From: Eledone cirrhosa
Lineage: Eukaryota
DNA: 64,000 nucleotides
Direction of reading: 5' to 3'
Assembly (NCBI GenBank): GCA_964016885.1
Contig: OZ024747.1
Span: forward strand, 38,254,001-38,318,000
Position 1 is the stretch's first letter. Each line of letters opens with the position of its first letter. Under the pieces are notes generated by a model, which saw only the letters and a program-made list of their open reading frames with translations, had not been told where the DNA came from and searched no databases. Both the position numbers and the translations under genes were made by a program. Positions 25,652-38,147 of this stretch are shown here, one piece after another.

Positions 25652-25980
25652 ATTGACACGAGAGTGCAAGAAAAGGAGAAGGAGAAAATTAACCGATACC
25701 AGGACTTAAAGTGGGAGTTAAAAAGCATTTGGAACTACTATGAAGTCAAAGTGGTCCCGGTTGTCATAAGCGCACTTGGTACTATCTCAAAGAGTTTCCA
25801 AGGATGGTTAAAGAAAATTGGTCTCACCCCGATTTTTGGAACACTTCAAAAGGCATGCTTGCTGGGAACAGCAAGAAGCCTCCGATACGTCCTGAATATC
25901 TGAGGCTGCAGGTAGTGGCTTCATATTCATTTCAACAAACTTTCCAGTTAAATAACATCAATGACTGAGACTCAAAGAAC
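25652..25980 (+). mobile_element. 3' fragment of an R4/Dong-like (restriction-like endonuclease) non-LTR retrotransposon
   Basis: EKINRYQDL..ELKSIW..VVPVVISALG..LQKACLLGTARSLRYVL. Flanked by (AAT)n on both sides. Confidence 0.85.
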
Positions 25981-25986
25981 AACAAC

Positions 25987-26048
<62 letters not shown>

Positions 26049-26469
26049 CAACAATAGTAGCAACACAATGAGACGATGATTTCGTCATGAATAAACTGTG
26101 TGATCAAAATGAGATAGGTTCACATAGTTGAAAACTTTCAGATCTATTCTTGAAATTTGCTAGCAGAACGCAATTTCCATAGAATAGTACTGATTACGTT
26201 TATTATTACCATGCTATAGAACCAGAAATATTAAAACCTTCCATTTCTTTTTAAATAAAATAACTATAAAGAATTACCATTTCTTATACAGCACACCCCG
26301 CCACCACATAATAATAAAGAAGCCAATCTGAAAGAAATATAAGAAAGAGAGAAGAATATACTCGTGTAATATAACGAACATTATTTAGGAAGTGAAATGC
26401 TATTTTGAATATTTATATTCACACACACACACACACACCCACACACACACACACACATACACACGCACA

Positions 26470-26501
<32 letters not shown>

Positions 26502-26543
26502 TACACATACACACACACGCACACATATATATATATATATATA

Positions 26544-26643
26544 CAGGGTGTCCCCCAAAAATGTATAAACACTCCAACAGCATTCTAATAAATATTGCCT
26601 GCACAGGTAATCAAAATGTGTATACATTTTTGGGACACACTGT
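26544..26643. mobile_element. ~100-bp Tc1/mariner-type MITE in TA
   Basis: TIR cagggtgtcccccaaaaatgtata / tatacatttttgggacacactg. Second copy at 39594-39694. Confidence 0.85.
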
Positions 26644-26646
26644 ATA

Positions 26647-26687
<41 letters not shown>

Positions 26688-26920
26688 GGTTTCTTATATA
26701 GGCACAAGGCCAGTAATTTGAAGGAGGGGAAAGTCGATTAAATCGACCCCAGTTCGTTACTGGTGCTTTATTTTATCGACACCGTAAGGATGAAAGGCAA
26801 AGTTAACCTCGGCGGGATTTGAACATAGACCGCAAAGGGCCGTAACTCTATACTGCAAAGCATGGTTGCCGACTCTCTACCGATACTGCCAATCCACCGC
26901 CCTTACCGATACTGCCAATC
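26688..26920 (-). mobile_element. SINE S1 full length (variant tail) after (AAT)n
   Basis: tRNA-like head gggcggtggattggcagtatcggtagag and S1 core. Confidence 0.9.
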
Positions 26921-27149
26921 AAATGGTCCGTTAGGAGACGCGTGGCCCAACTTCCCACCGGAGGAAGCCACGGCAGGTTGTGCCTGGCCAAATCAGCCAA
27001 GATCATTAAATTAAAATTGGCCATAAATTTGAGATCAGAAATCCTAATAAAGTACAGACATACCAAGAAGTATACATCCTCCTCATTGGTATTGGGACAG
27101 GAACCCCGGACAAAACATAACCACCTGAACTCAACATTGGAGTAACTTC

Positions 27150-28235
27150 CACTATTAACCATATCTCATCAATTTTAATATCGTCCTCTTTACCATTATT
27201 ACATTCATTACCACTGTTATCCTTATTAACTTTATTTTTATTGCTGTTAATATTATATTGCATCCTTTATCATGTCCCCCACCACTAAACATATCACCAT
27301 GTATCCATCACTCTCAACGACACCAACACATACTGCATACCCATGAGGCACACAGACCATCAGCATCATACACTTCCCACAATTGATTTCATCACCTCTT
27401 TTTTATCACCAATTTCACAACTGTTATTTAACATCACATGTATTTCCAGCACATTTTCTATACTATAAAACATTTTTTTCTACCACCATTTAATCCCACA
27501 CGAACGCATCTAGATGCACTGCTAAGCACGTACATTCACACGTGTTTTTTGTAGTGCAAATCCTCTTTAAAGATGTTTAAACAGCTTACAAATAAGCCCC
27601 ACCCCCAATCTAGCATAACCTACCTCCGTTATATCTCCCCTCCTTCCTTGCCACTCATTCTTCCGTGACAAACTGATGACCAACAGAAAATCCCTCACCC
27701 ACCCATAGTACAGCATCGCACCTAAGTCCCATCACGAATAGCCCTACCACATCCACACCACACACAGCGCCTCCGCCTCGTCACGTAGACGCCGAAATGT
27801 CTATGATAAACCACAACACCACACCCCTGCAACTCATATCAACCATCACTCCCCACCTCCACCTCGTCATTAAGTTCATTCCCCCACCTATTACATGCTT
27901 AAAAAAGATTCCTCATAGCAAATCCACCAATCAAAACAACATAAATTGACCACTATATGAAAGCGAAATGTTAGACATTTCTATGCTTTATATGTATATT
28001 CTGTCATTACAAAAGCAGAGGTCCGACGAGCTTTTGATTCCAGAGTTGAGCCAGATCGATACAGACCGAACCTTGAGCTGATCAATAGCGAAACGCGTGT
28101 CACCAATCAATAAACGTAATAAAGACATAACAATTCGTCCTTGTATTATTATATTTACACTCTGTTTAGCTCTACACCCGTTATAGACGTGAATATAAAC
28201 ATCGAGTGCTCATCTGGGTGAACCTACAGTACGTT
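27150..28235 (+). mobile_element. Highly degenerate PLE-like 3' region with HHR and AATAAA
   Basis: C/A-rich strand, HHR motif at 28020-28104 followed by AATAAA, ends at (TA)n. No clear ORF. Confidence 0.45.
28020..28104 (+). ncRNA. Hammerhead-like motif with long stem II and U4C core variant
   Basis: ggt CCGACGA gct tttgat..atcaa t agc GAAAC gcgt GTC acc. Confidence 0.6.
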
Positions 28236-28379
28236 ATAATCTCTGGATATATATATATATATATATATATATGTATAGAAATTTCGAATTTCTAAAGAAA
28301 CATGGTTTTAGGAAGCCGTAGCTATCCAAACACCGGGGATAACGCCCTCTGGTGGTATCCAGCAGAAGCAAGGGGGACA

Positions 28380-28423
28380 ACCGTCTACGCATTTCAGGCT
28401 TGACTGGCCTTCTCCAGGACGGT
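28380..28423 (-). ncRNA. Type-I hammerhead ribozyme (A6G variant)
   Basis: Minus strand: accgtc CTGGAGA aggc cagtcaa gcct GAA atgcgt A gacggt. Confidence 0.7.
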
Positions 28424-28739
28424 CCCTCCCACCGCTTGCGACTGCTGGACTTGAAAACAGTCGAGAATATATAGTTTTCTCGCAAATGAGGTGATTAATC
28501 TCATTTGCATATGAAGCTGCATAAGTTGGCTCAACTTATAATAGAATACAAATAGAAATATGAAATATCTATACATATTTTTATAAAGCTCTGTTTGAAG
28601 CGAAATCCTATTTCTTTTCTATTATAAGTTGAGCCAACTTATGCAGCTTCATATGCAAATGAGATTAATCACCTCATTTACGAGAAAACTATATATTCTC
28701 GACTGTTTTCAAGTCCAGCAGAAGCAAGCGATGGGAGGG

Positions 28740-28783
28740 ACCGTCCTGAAGAAGGCCAGTCAAGCCTGAAATGAATAGACGGT
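28740..28783 (+). ncRNA. Type-I hammerhead ribozyme
   Basis: accgtc CTGAAGA aggc cagtcaa gcct GAA atgaat A gacggt; 6-bp stem I, 4-bp stem II. Confidence 0.85.
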
Positions 28784-28933
28784 TGTCCCTCTTGCTTCTA
28801 CTGGACACCACCAGAGGGCGTTAGCCCCGGTGTTTGCTTAGCTACGGCTTCATAAAACCGTGTTTCTTTGGAAATACGAAATTTCTATACATATTTGTAT
28901 AATGCTATGCTTGAAGCGAAATCCTATTTCTAT

Positions 28934-28964
<31 letters not shown>

Positions 28965-29059
28965 GTGTGTGTGTGCGTGTGTGTGTATATATATATAATA
29001 TATAATCTGGAATGTCTGTGGCATGTACCCATGTACAAACATACACAGACACACAGACA

Positions 29060-29120
<61 letters not shown>

Positions 29121-29231
29121 TTGGGTGTGTATGCTTGTGTATCTATGTTGGGTGCGTATGAAGATTTGTATAAGTCTATGCCCAACAAAGTCATGTTTAT
29201 AAGCTAGCGCTTGCATACACATACACACATT

Positions 29232-29274
<43 letters not shown>

Positions 29275-30105
29275 TATTCAAGTATGTACATATATTCAAC
29301 TACATTGCCTCTTCGATTGGTCCTGATATTCTGTATGGAAAGGATTGAATATAAGAGATATGACAATGTTAATGTCCATACATTCCCTATGGTCTTTGTG
29401 TTGCTCGTCAGTGTTTCCGCTATCGTCAGCACCATTCTCTTCGTTTTCCAGGCATTTTTCATCGTCATTTATATTCTTTTTGCATATTATTTTTTGTATT
29501 ATTTGGATAAAAAGAACGGCGTCTATCACAATAAAGAACATATACGAGCTACTAAAAAAAAACAAAACAATTTTTCAATATTGTTCGAAAAATTAAACAT
29601 GTTAAATGAGATTTTAGTTTGGTTTAAAATACGTCATTTCAAGCTAATATATACTTTTATTCAATTGTACAATACTGGAGATACTCACACGAATGTACCC
29701 TCTATTGGGGTGTAATGTTTAACGTTGCAACTTTGAGCAGTTCTTTATCTGGAGAATGATTGTCAGATTAATGAGCGTTAATGAGGTGAAATTAGTTTAA
29801 TACAATTGAAGATGGTTATGTGCGTTGTGTAATATTTCTGCTCTTGCTGTAATGAATGTTTGAGGTTACAACGTGGAGATACATTCATTGAACATTTGAA
29901 CTACAACCTGACATATTTATGAGAAACTAATAAAAGATAAAATAATACAATAACATACAACTTGCTTATACAGGTTTCTGGTTTAAATTTAATTAGTCTT
30001 TGTTGCCTATTGAATATAATTGTTTATATATTTATTTATTTCCATATTGTTGCGCGTGGCTGAGATGAGACTCAAAGATTCAATGGCATTATGGATGGTC
30101 TAAAA

Positions 30106-31131
30106 CACAGGTTCTCAACCCATTTAGGCCAAACGCCCCCTTTTGTTCCTCGAAATCATGAAACGCCCCCACCCCTACTCTATTTTTCTATTTTTCAATA
30201 TACTACTGATTTTGATATCAGTAGATTACTGAAAAATAAACAACATTCCAAAGATACCATTGCAGGCAGCTGAGAGTATAAATACATTCCTTGAAAGGAA
30301 ATATATAAATTTCAAAAAAGGAACATAAATGTTCTTTTTTAAGAATAAGGACCAGTTGAATTTGTTATATTCCCACCAGGCGTTACCAGCTATTTTGAAC
30401 ATTTATACAAGAGCAACTCTCTCTATCCCAAGAGTGCTCTTATCTGGAAGAAAGTGGCAATTATATCATTTCAAAGCTTTCCAATTTTCCTTTTAATGAA
30501 ACGGACATAATAAATGTTGATATCTAACTTGATGTTCCCTCTGCTTTGTGAGCTTAGAGACCACGGAGGAGAGTTTTCAGGTCCACGCGGGAGGGTATAT
30601 TTATTAGTAAATGGTAAAATATATACAACAAATGAGTAAGTGAATTGTAGTAGATGGTTTGCAGTCCAGTCAGACTGCAACTACAAATAAAAAAAATTGT
30701 TAGTTTGCTTTGTAACAATAGCATATCCAAGTTTTCGATAAATCAACTTACTTTAACTTTGACCTCATTTCAATGGGACCCTTGAGCTTCATGGAGTCTA
30801 GCTAACTATTTGACGTGAGGCTGAATTTTCCTAAGATGTAGCCAGAGATCTCCACGTGTAATTACATTGTAGCGGTTGCGAGACTTACTGTGCAGTCTGA
30901 AAACAGCATCAGACCTCCTCTCGACTAAGTATGAGCTTGGAAAAGGCTAGTAAATCTCTTAGCCTCTGCATGTAGGTGTGGAAATCGATGCTGAATTTCC
31001 TCTTGCATCCCAAAAAGGGGTTCACCTATTCAAAGCTCCAAACGCACCCCTAACGATACCTTGCTCCCAAACGCCCCCTGGAGTTCCGAAACGCCCCTCG
31101 GGCGTGCATATGCCCCCGTTGAGAACCTTTG
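30106..31131 (-). mobile_element. Deleted hAT (Buster/Charlie-like) transposon
   Basis: TIRs cacaggttctcaac / gttgagaacctttg; 8-bp TSD gtctaaaa / ggctaaaa. Minus-strand remnant FPSSYLVER..KSRNR..GDL..IQP..AQGSH resembles the hAT C-terminal dimerisation region. Confidence 0.85.
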
Positions 31132-31689
31132 GGCTAAAATGTTTGAAAATCTCTGCACTAGAGAGTAAATAAGAAGCAATGATATATGCCTATACAGGTT
31201 GTTCTATCTACAAACTTAACAGTTAAATCACGCTCAAATTTCTTCCTCTCACTATGAAGTAAAGGTCATATTCAATAATATTCTTGCTGAAATTTCTGAT
31301 CATAGTTTTAGTCAACTAAAGCCAAACTGGGGTAAAAAATACGACAACAAATAAGTGTGGGTGTAGCAATCAACAGAAGGCGATATATAATTAATCGGCT
31401 CTCATTTAAATTTGATTCAGCAAGAAAATGTATGGTCACCCAATCAGACAATCTATTTATTAAAAGGATATCACTGAGGTTAATTACTGAATTTTATTCA
31501 ACGGAAAACTATTGTTAAATTAATATACTTAATGTAGCGAGAATCATTATTCATAATTAGAAATAAGTTGACGACGAGAAAAAGATAACACTAGCTCAAT
31601 AATTAGTAATACTTTAATCATTTACACCATTATCAGAGACAATTGCAGACAATTTTTGGTATAATTACACCTCTTGGATGGTGGTTAAT

Positions 31690-31825
31690 TAGCCAAATCA
31701 GTTGAGCGTTGGATAAAATACCTTATGACATTCAGTTAGGGCGATTTAAATCGCATCAAAGTCAACTTTGCCTTTCATCCATTCAATGTCAATAAAAACG
31801 TACCCGTCAACTACTGAGGTCGATT
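31690..31825 (+). mobile_element. Old diverged SINE S1
   Basis: gtcaactttgcctttcatcc..aataaaaacgtacc core. Confidence 0.6.
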
Positions 31826-32566
31826 CTTCCTCTATATCTCTTTCTCATTTTCATTATCTCACTCTCTATCTTTCTCTGGTAGAAATCTGCGGTATTCAGA
31901 TCTGAAGAGAAGATGGGATACATCAGGCCGTAAGAAAATTCACTAGAAATGCCATATGTCAATACGATGCTCCTCCCACTCCCCCAACACTTATGGGACT
32001 ATATATGCATATTTCAAGACAGTCGTTGGTCGATGCTGAACATTTTGTAGTTCGAACACTTTTTGGAACACTGCGAAACGAACTCTTTACCATTCAGCCA
32101 CAGTGCCACATTTACGCACATATGTATCATTCCTACATAGATTCTACATACAGAAACTGATCTCGTTTAGCATTCATTCGTTTTGAGAACTAGATCTAAC
32201 TATTGATTCTACGAAATGGCTAATATATAGTTGGCTATCACTCATTAATCTTAGCACGCACAAGCATGAAAATAAAATATAAAAGATATTGTAGCACATA
32301 TAATGGACAATAGATGAAAGCAAAAACATTCAATGCTTTCCTTTCATCATTTAGTGCAAGTCTCTGTTCTTTTCTCACTTTCCTAAAAGATTCTATAGTT
32401 ATACAATGACACTTTATAGTTTTACAATGTCAATCTACGATTTAGACATCTACATAGTAATTTTGAAATGAAGGTTACAGCAGTCAGTTATAAACAGACA
32501 GGGTAACACGTGGGAATCTGACAATGCATAGAATAGGAAATCAAAGTAAGAACGTACATATACATA

Positions 32567-32600
<34 letters not shown>

Positions 32601-33161
32601 AATACCCACGTGCGTAAGTTTATAGATACACAGATACATATATTCGCATGTGGATTGCTGCACATATATTTATATGTGCATATTTACTCAGGACCCTACT
32701 CCCAAACGCCAATGAATATACAAATATAAGTGCGGGTATGTATATTTAGATAAATCTTTGGTATAAAATATCCATATACCGAATGTTAATGTTAAAGTGT
32801 AACTCCATAAAATAACGTCTACACATACATATATGTTCATGCCTGATTGAATAAATAAACAAATAAATAAATGAGAGATCCTTTTGCGATTTTGATGATA
32901 CGTATTCAATAGACATATGCACATTTATTTTAATACCCAGGCAACAGTACGCGAAGAAATTAGCCCACGCGATGATAGATGCAGTCCAACCGATAGGCTT
33001 TCTCAATTTCTGTTTATTGAATATCCTTCACAAAGTGTTGGTTCAATTGGAGAATTTATGATAGCGAAACGAACTTTTTGACGACTCAGCACACACAAAC
33101 TCAGACATATACAGACACACACACTATATATAATTTTATATTTGATCATGTGAGTATGAGC

Positions 33162-33209
<48 letters not shown>

Positions 33210-33610
33210 GCTCATACTCACATGATCAAATGTAAAATTTATTTCGTTTTTATGCGATAAATATCGATTAGGTTATAAGCACAAAACTATTTGTGACGAA
33301 ACCCCAAGGAAAGTCATACATTTCAACTGTCTTTTGACCTGCAATCACGATCAATATTAGTTGAACCACCATCCCACATGGTTTGTACAAACCAGCAGAT
33401 TTTAAGGTTATTCCTTTTTTTATATATTTATCGCAATCCTAATGTTTACTTGACCATTTGACCACGAACGATTTGTTATAAAGACACATCGCTTTCACAA
33501 TTAACATATTTTTATTATCTGTTCTAACAGCATCTGTTATAGTAATATGTCTATTTTCATTCCGGTTTACACCAACACGTTGTTTCATTTTCATTACAAG
33601 AACAACTATT

Positions 33611-33620
33611 ACTACTACTA

Positions 33621-33718
<98 letters not shown>

Positions 33719-33925
33719 GCTACTACTACTACTACAACTACTACTACTACTACTACTACCACCATCACTACTACTACTACTTCAACAATCATCATCAGCA
33801 TCATAATCACCACCATCATCATCACCATCATCAATATCATCAACAGCATCATAACCACCATCAGCATCACAATCATCACTATCATTATCATCATCATCGT
33901 CATGACAACCATCATCATCATCATG
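33611..33925. repeat. Compound (TAC)n(TGC)n(CAT)n microsatellite
   Basis: Direct reading. Confidence 0.95.
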
Positions 33926-34189
33926 AATATCCTCATCACAACCCCCCACCCCCACCCACCAAGTAGAAGGAATATATTTGCTGAGTGATATCGAGCTTAA
34001 AGTTAAGCTATCTGCAGGCATTGAAACGCGCATCTTTCGCCGGATTAGAGACTTTGACGCATTTCCATTTTTGTTAACTCAATCTGGGCTTAATTACTGT
34101 CCCTTAATTACTCTCCCGTTTCATCTATATTTTATCAATCTCTGAAAGTCAACTTGCAAAGTGAATATGCTTTGCTTAAGAGAAATAAT

Positions 34190-34378
34190 TGTTTCTACTT
34201 TTGGCACAAGTCCAGCAATTATCCCAGTGTATTACTGGTACTTTATTTCATCGACCCCCGTAATGATGAAAGGCAAAGTTAACCTCGGCGGGATTTGAAC
34301 TCAGACCGTAAAGTGCCGTAACTCTATGTTGCAAAGCATGGCGTCCGACCCTCTACGGATACTGCCAATTCACCGCCC
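34190..34378 (-). mobile_element. Full-length tRNA-derived SINE S1 (central domain resembles the Meta-SINE domain)
   Basis: A-box-like tggcagtatccg, B-box gagttcaaatcc, gcctttcat..ggggtcgat..gtaccag core. TSD taagagaaataat. Confidence 0.92.
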
Positions 34379-34521
34379 TAAGAGAAATAATAAGATCAAC
34401 TCACATGAGTTGCTTTCACCATGCTCAAAATTTTACAAGGTTCACTCCTAGTACATTGTCTAAAAATGATCCAAATATATATGTATAGATTTATCTACAT
34501 GCACACACACACACACACACG

Positions 34522-34562
<41 letters not shown>

Positions 34563-37500
34563 GTGTGTAGATGTATCTATGTGCACAAGCACACACATAT
34601 ATAGTGAACTAGACACATAGACAGGCTAACTAGAATAGGGAGTAAGTTAATTATTTAATGCGTTGACTCACTAGTTGTGAAGGGTGAGCATATGTTCGTG
34701 TGTATTTATATATACTTACATTTTACTGTATTCATGTATGTGTGTATTTGTATATAATCATTGGAGGGATAGAGTCATAAGGGATGTGTTTATATGCATT
34801 GCTGTATCCTGTATTCTCTTTTCCGTCCTAAGTCTGAACACCACTTCCGGATTCGATAAACATAATTGGTTGTGACTAATTTGATTCTGTTCGTTTTCAT
34901 TCAGATTTGGCCTTCTGGCTAGTCAAAAGAAATTTATATCATGTGCTCTTTCCAATACACTAAAATTCTATATTATCCCTTATATTAAAAATTCATGTAT
35001 CATTGCCCTTATGTCCTTAGAGATGGCTTCTAATTTAAATTAAGCGTTGAAAAGCTCGAAGAGAATATCGAATCAGTAAATTGCGTGAATACAGTAGTGT
35101 TTGATTTTAAAATCATTTGGCAGTCTGAATTTTAAAATATTGAGTTTAATTTAAAATCTAATCTACTAATGGTTAAACCTTGTACAAAATGTAATTATTG
35201 TTTTTTTTCTAAAAAGCATCTTTGTATTTAGCGAATACAATAAATAAATTAAATCTAAAGAAATTAACAAAACCTCCTCAGTCGATTAGAGTGAAACTGT
35301 CTTAATTGGTTAGCAAGTAAAGAAGACTCCATGATTGATGATTGAAATATAAAGCGATTTCTTTCCTTTAAATTTCAAACTGTTGATTACGGAAAATATA
35401 AATTAAAAAAGACAATATAAAGTAAAATACCCTTTTTTCGATTATTTCCAAACAGATGAAGACGTAATAAATCATGAGCGTTTTTACTGTGCAGGGTTCC
35501 ACATATGTTTAGTGCAGACTTAAAATACAGTTAACACGGAAAAAAAATTGATCACGAAATTCAACATTTGCGCTTAGAGCTGTTGGTTGCGTTTCCGAGT
35601 GAAATTCAACGTTGAAAATTCAAAGTATGGAAACTTTACTCAGTAAACACAAACAAATATTTGTTTAAAATATAAAACAACTGTATTGGTTTAATTCTTT
35701 ACGGATTCGGTCTTGTTTTTATGGTTTCTTTAAAATTCAAAAATTTCATCAGACTGTAATTTCGATCAACCCCCCCCCAAATCAATAATCAATCCCAGAG
35801 AAATAATTTTACATTTAGTATTTTCTGGTCAGAAACATTAATTTATATTTGAAGTGGCCTTATTTGTTACTGTCATATAAATATATTGACTCACTTAAGC
35901 AGTTGCACCAAAATATATAAATAAAATTATTAAGGCCAGTTGCTACAATGGTGCCATGGCAGATACGTGCGTTTCGTTAGCCCTGAGGACCAACTTGTAT
36001 GTGTGTCTATGTAAAATGTAAACAGAAATTACAAAGCAAGCGACACAGTATATTGAAGAAATGTAATAGTTTAACGCTATACATATTTATTTTATTATAG
36101 GAATGACTTCTGCAGGACTAGAAGTGTTTCATTCGTAAGACACTTTTAGGGCTTTCCTCATGATTCCGTACGAAAGAAATTGTTCTATTCCTGTAAGAGT
36201 CATTTCTGTAATAATATCTCGTGACATGCGGTTCAACAAAAGTGGAAAGGTTGAATAATTACTGAGATCGATAGGATCGGCTAAAACCCTTTGTTGTAAC
36301 CCTGTGATTGAAACCATTTAACATGTAAACAAATCTTGCGACAGCCGGACGATCGTAAAGCAATCGTTTCACTCTTAATACTCTAGAAAACATCACCGTA
36401 ATAATGAAGTTACTAGTATAGTCAGTCGCAATAACCTTGATCCTAATGACTTTAAGATAACATATATGTAACATTCATCATCAATACCCCAAATGGAACA
36501 AATCTAGCTGTAATCATGGCTAGCCTCTAAAGTGAGACTTCGGTATAGCTCACCATACGACTCAGTTTTCCAATATTAATAGATTGTCTTTTCCAATTAT
36601 TTTCACATAAGTTTAAACTTATGAACGATTCAACACAAAATAGTAACACTCACACACACATACTATTAATGCACACGTATAAACATTTACACGCATATGA
36701 TTCTTATTTTGGATCCATTATTGAAATTCGATCACGTTTTGGTTGTAAAAAAATTATTTCAAAAAATATGTCATTTATATTTATACTCTTGAAGGAAAAG
36801 CCAAGTCGAACAAGTTGTAATTTGAAATTAGAGTGCGGAAGGATGAAACTAAACACTGTACTGAATTTATTGCAACAAATTATTAGTCAGCCTGTTACAC
36901 CACTTATTATTCTATATTCCTATAGCTTTTAGAAATATACGGCAAGCGAAAAATATAGAAGACGCATACTGTTTATAATGATTAGGTGTGATTGCTTTCG
37001 TGCAGATTTACACAAGGGTCACAAGTGTTTTGCATCGCTTTCCATCCCCCAAATGCTACACAATGGTGGCGACAACTGAAATATATCATGTTAACAGTTG
37101 AATATGAAATATATAGGAATGTAATTACCAAATTGTTTAGAAATAAAATCAATATTGAATATAAATTCGAGCACAATCTATCAGAATAAAACAGCAATGA
37201 GCTGGCGATGTTTCAAGTCCACCCGGCGTTATATAAAAGAGCTTAACTCCAATAAATGAAACAAGCCTAATAGCTTATACGAAAAGAGTGAATATTAGAT
37301 ATATCGTTTTGAAGCATAAATCAACATCAATTTTAGCTATCAAATCTTTGGAACCAATCCAAGTTTTACACAATTCTATATTATAGCGTTTAACGAAATT
37401 ACCGTGCAATAACGGCAGATGACCGTGCCTCCCGGGAGTTGCACCAAAAGCCAAAATAACATTCCTATGCTATTCGGTGTAATAGAATCAATTTGATAAT

Positions 37501-37950
37501 CATGCCTAAAAAATGGCTGTGAGGTTAAACAATAAATCTTTGTTTGTTTAATTTATGATTAAAATAGTTTTATTATTCATTGTTAAATGCATAAAAATCA
37601 TGTACGTATACAACGCATATTTGGACAAACGAACAAGATGATTACTTTGAAGTCTTTCAACCTAATGAAAATAGTAGTCAATTCTTCCTTAAATTATACG
37701 ATATTATCTTAAATAAAGATGAACATTGAACTTTGAGTTCTTGACATACAAAAGTGGGATAGTAACATCCTTTCATCATATAATTGATCAATATAGCCTG
37801 AATTTGAACTTAGATATTTGGTGCATTAAGGACAGAGGAAGGGCAGAAAAGGGAATTACTACACGGTTTTTCGTTAGCTTATTTGTAATTATCAACACAC
37901 GAAAATTAACTCTTGACGGTCAAGTCCTCCTGCGTGTAATGCTATATAAT

Positions 37951-38147
37951 GGTTCCTGATTTAGGGGAGGGTAGAGTCGACTAAATCGATCCCAATACAT
38001 TATTGGTACATTATCTTATTAACCATGTGAGGATGAAAGTCAAAGCTAACCTCAGCGGGATTTGAACTCAGAAAGTAAACGGCAGTATCTCTAAACCATG
38101 AAGCATTTTGTCCGACGCACTACAGGTACTGCCAATCTATCACACTA
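37951..38147 (-). mobile_element. Diverged SINE S1
   Basis: S1 core; TSD tgtaatgctatataat at 37935-37950 and 38148-38163. Confidence 0.85.

Larger units (their letters stand above)
28272..28934. mobile_element. Retrozyme-like non-coding element R1: inverted dimer with terminal redundancy
   Basis: 28272-28545 is the reverse complement of 28617-28892. 28555-28613 is repeated directly at 28872-28930. HHR in each arm; (TA)n flanks. Confidence 0.8.

Noticed and set aside
29380-29435. Two CTGACGA and a GAAAC on the minus strand
   Set aside because: No stem II pairing and no UH with stem I closure; not a hammerhead.
29284-29715. 143-aa plus-strand ORF with a hydrophobic stretch
   Set aside because: T-rich composition explains the hydrophobicity; starts beside a microsatellite; no recognisable domain.
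32940-33060. Possible exon after tttattttaatacccag (QQYAKKLAHAMIDAVQP..)
   Set aside because: No recognisable homology, donor site or partner exons.
33439-34033. Poly-Y/H/V/D ORFs
   Set aside because: Trinucleotide microsatellite open in several frames; no gene context.
36100-36474. Short ORFs and an acceptor-like site in unique DNA
   Set aside because: Stops in all plus frames and no domain similarity; cannot support an exon.
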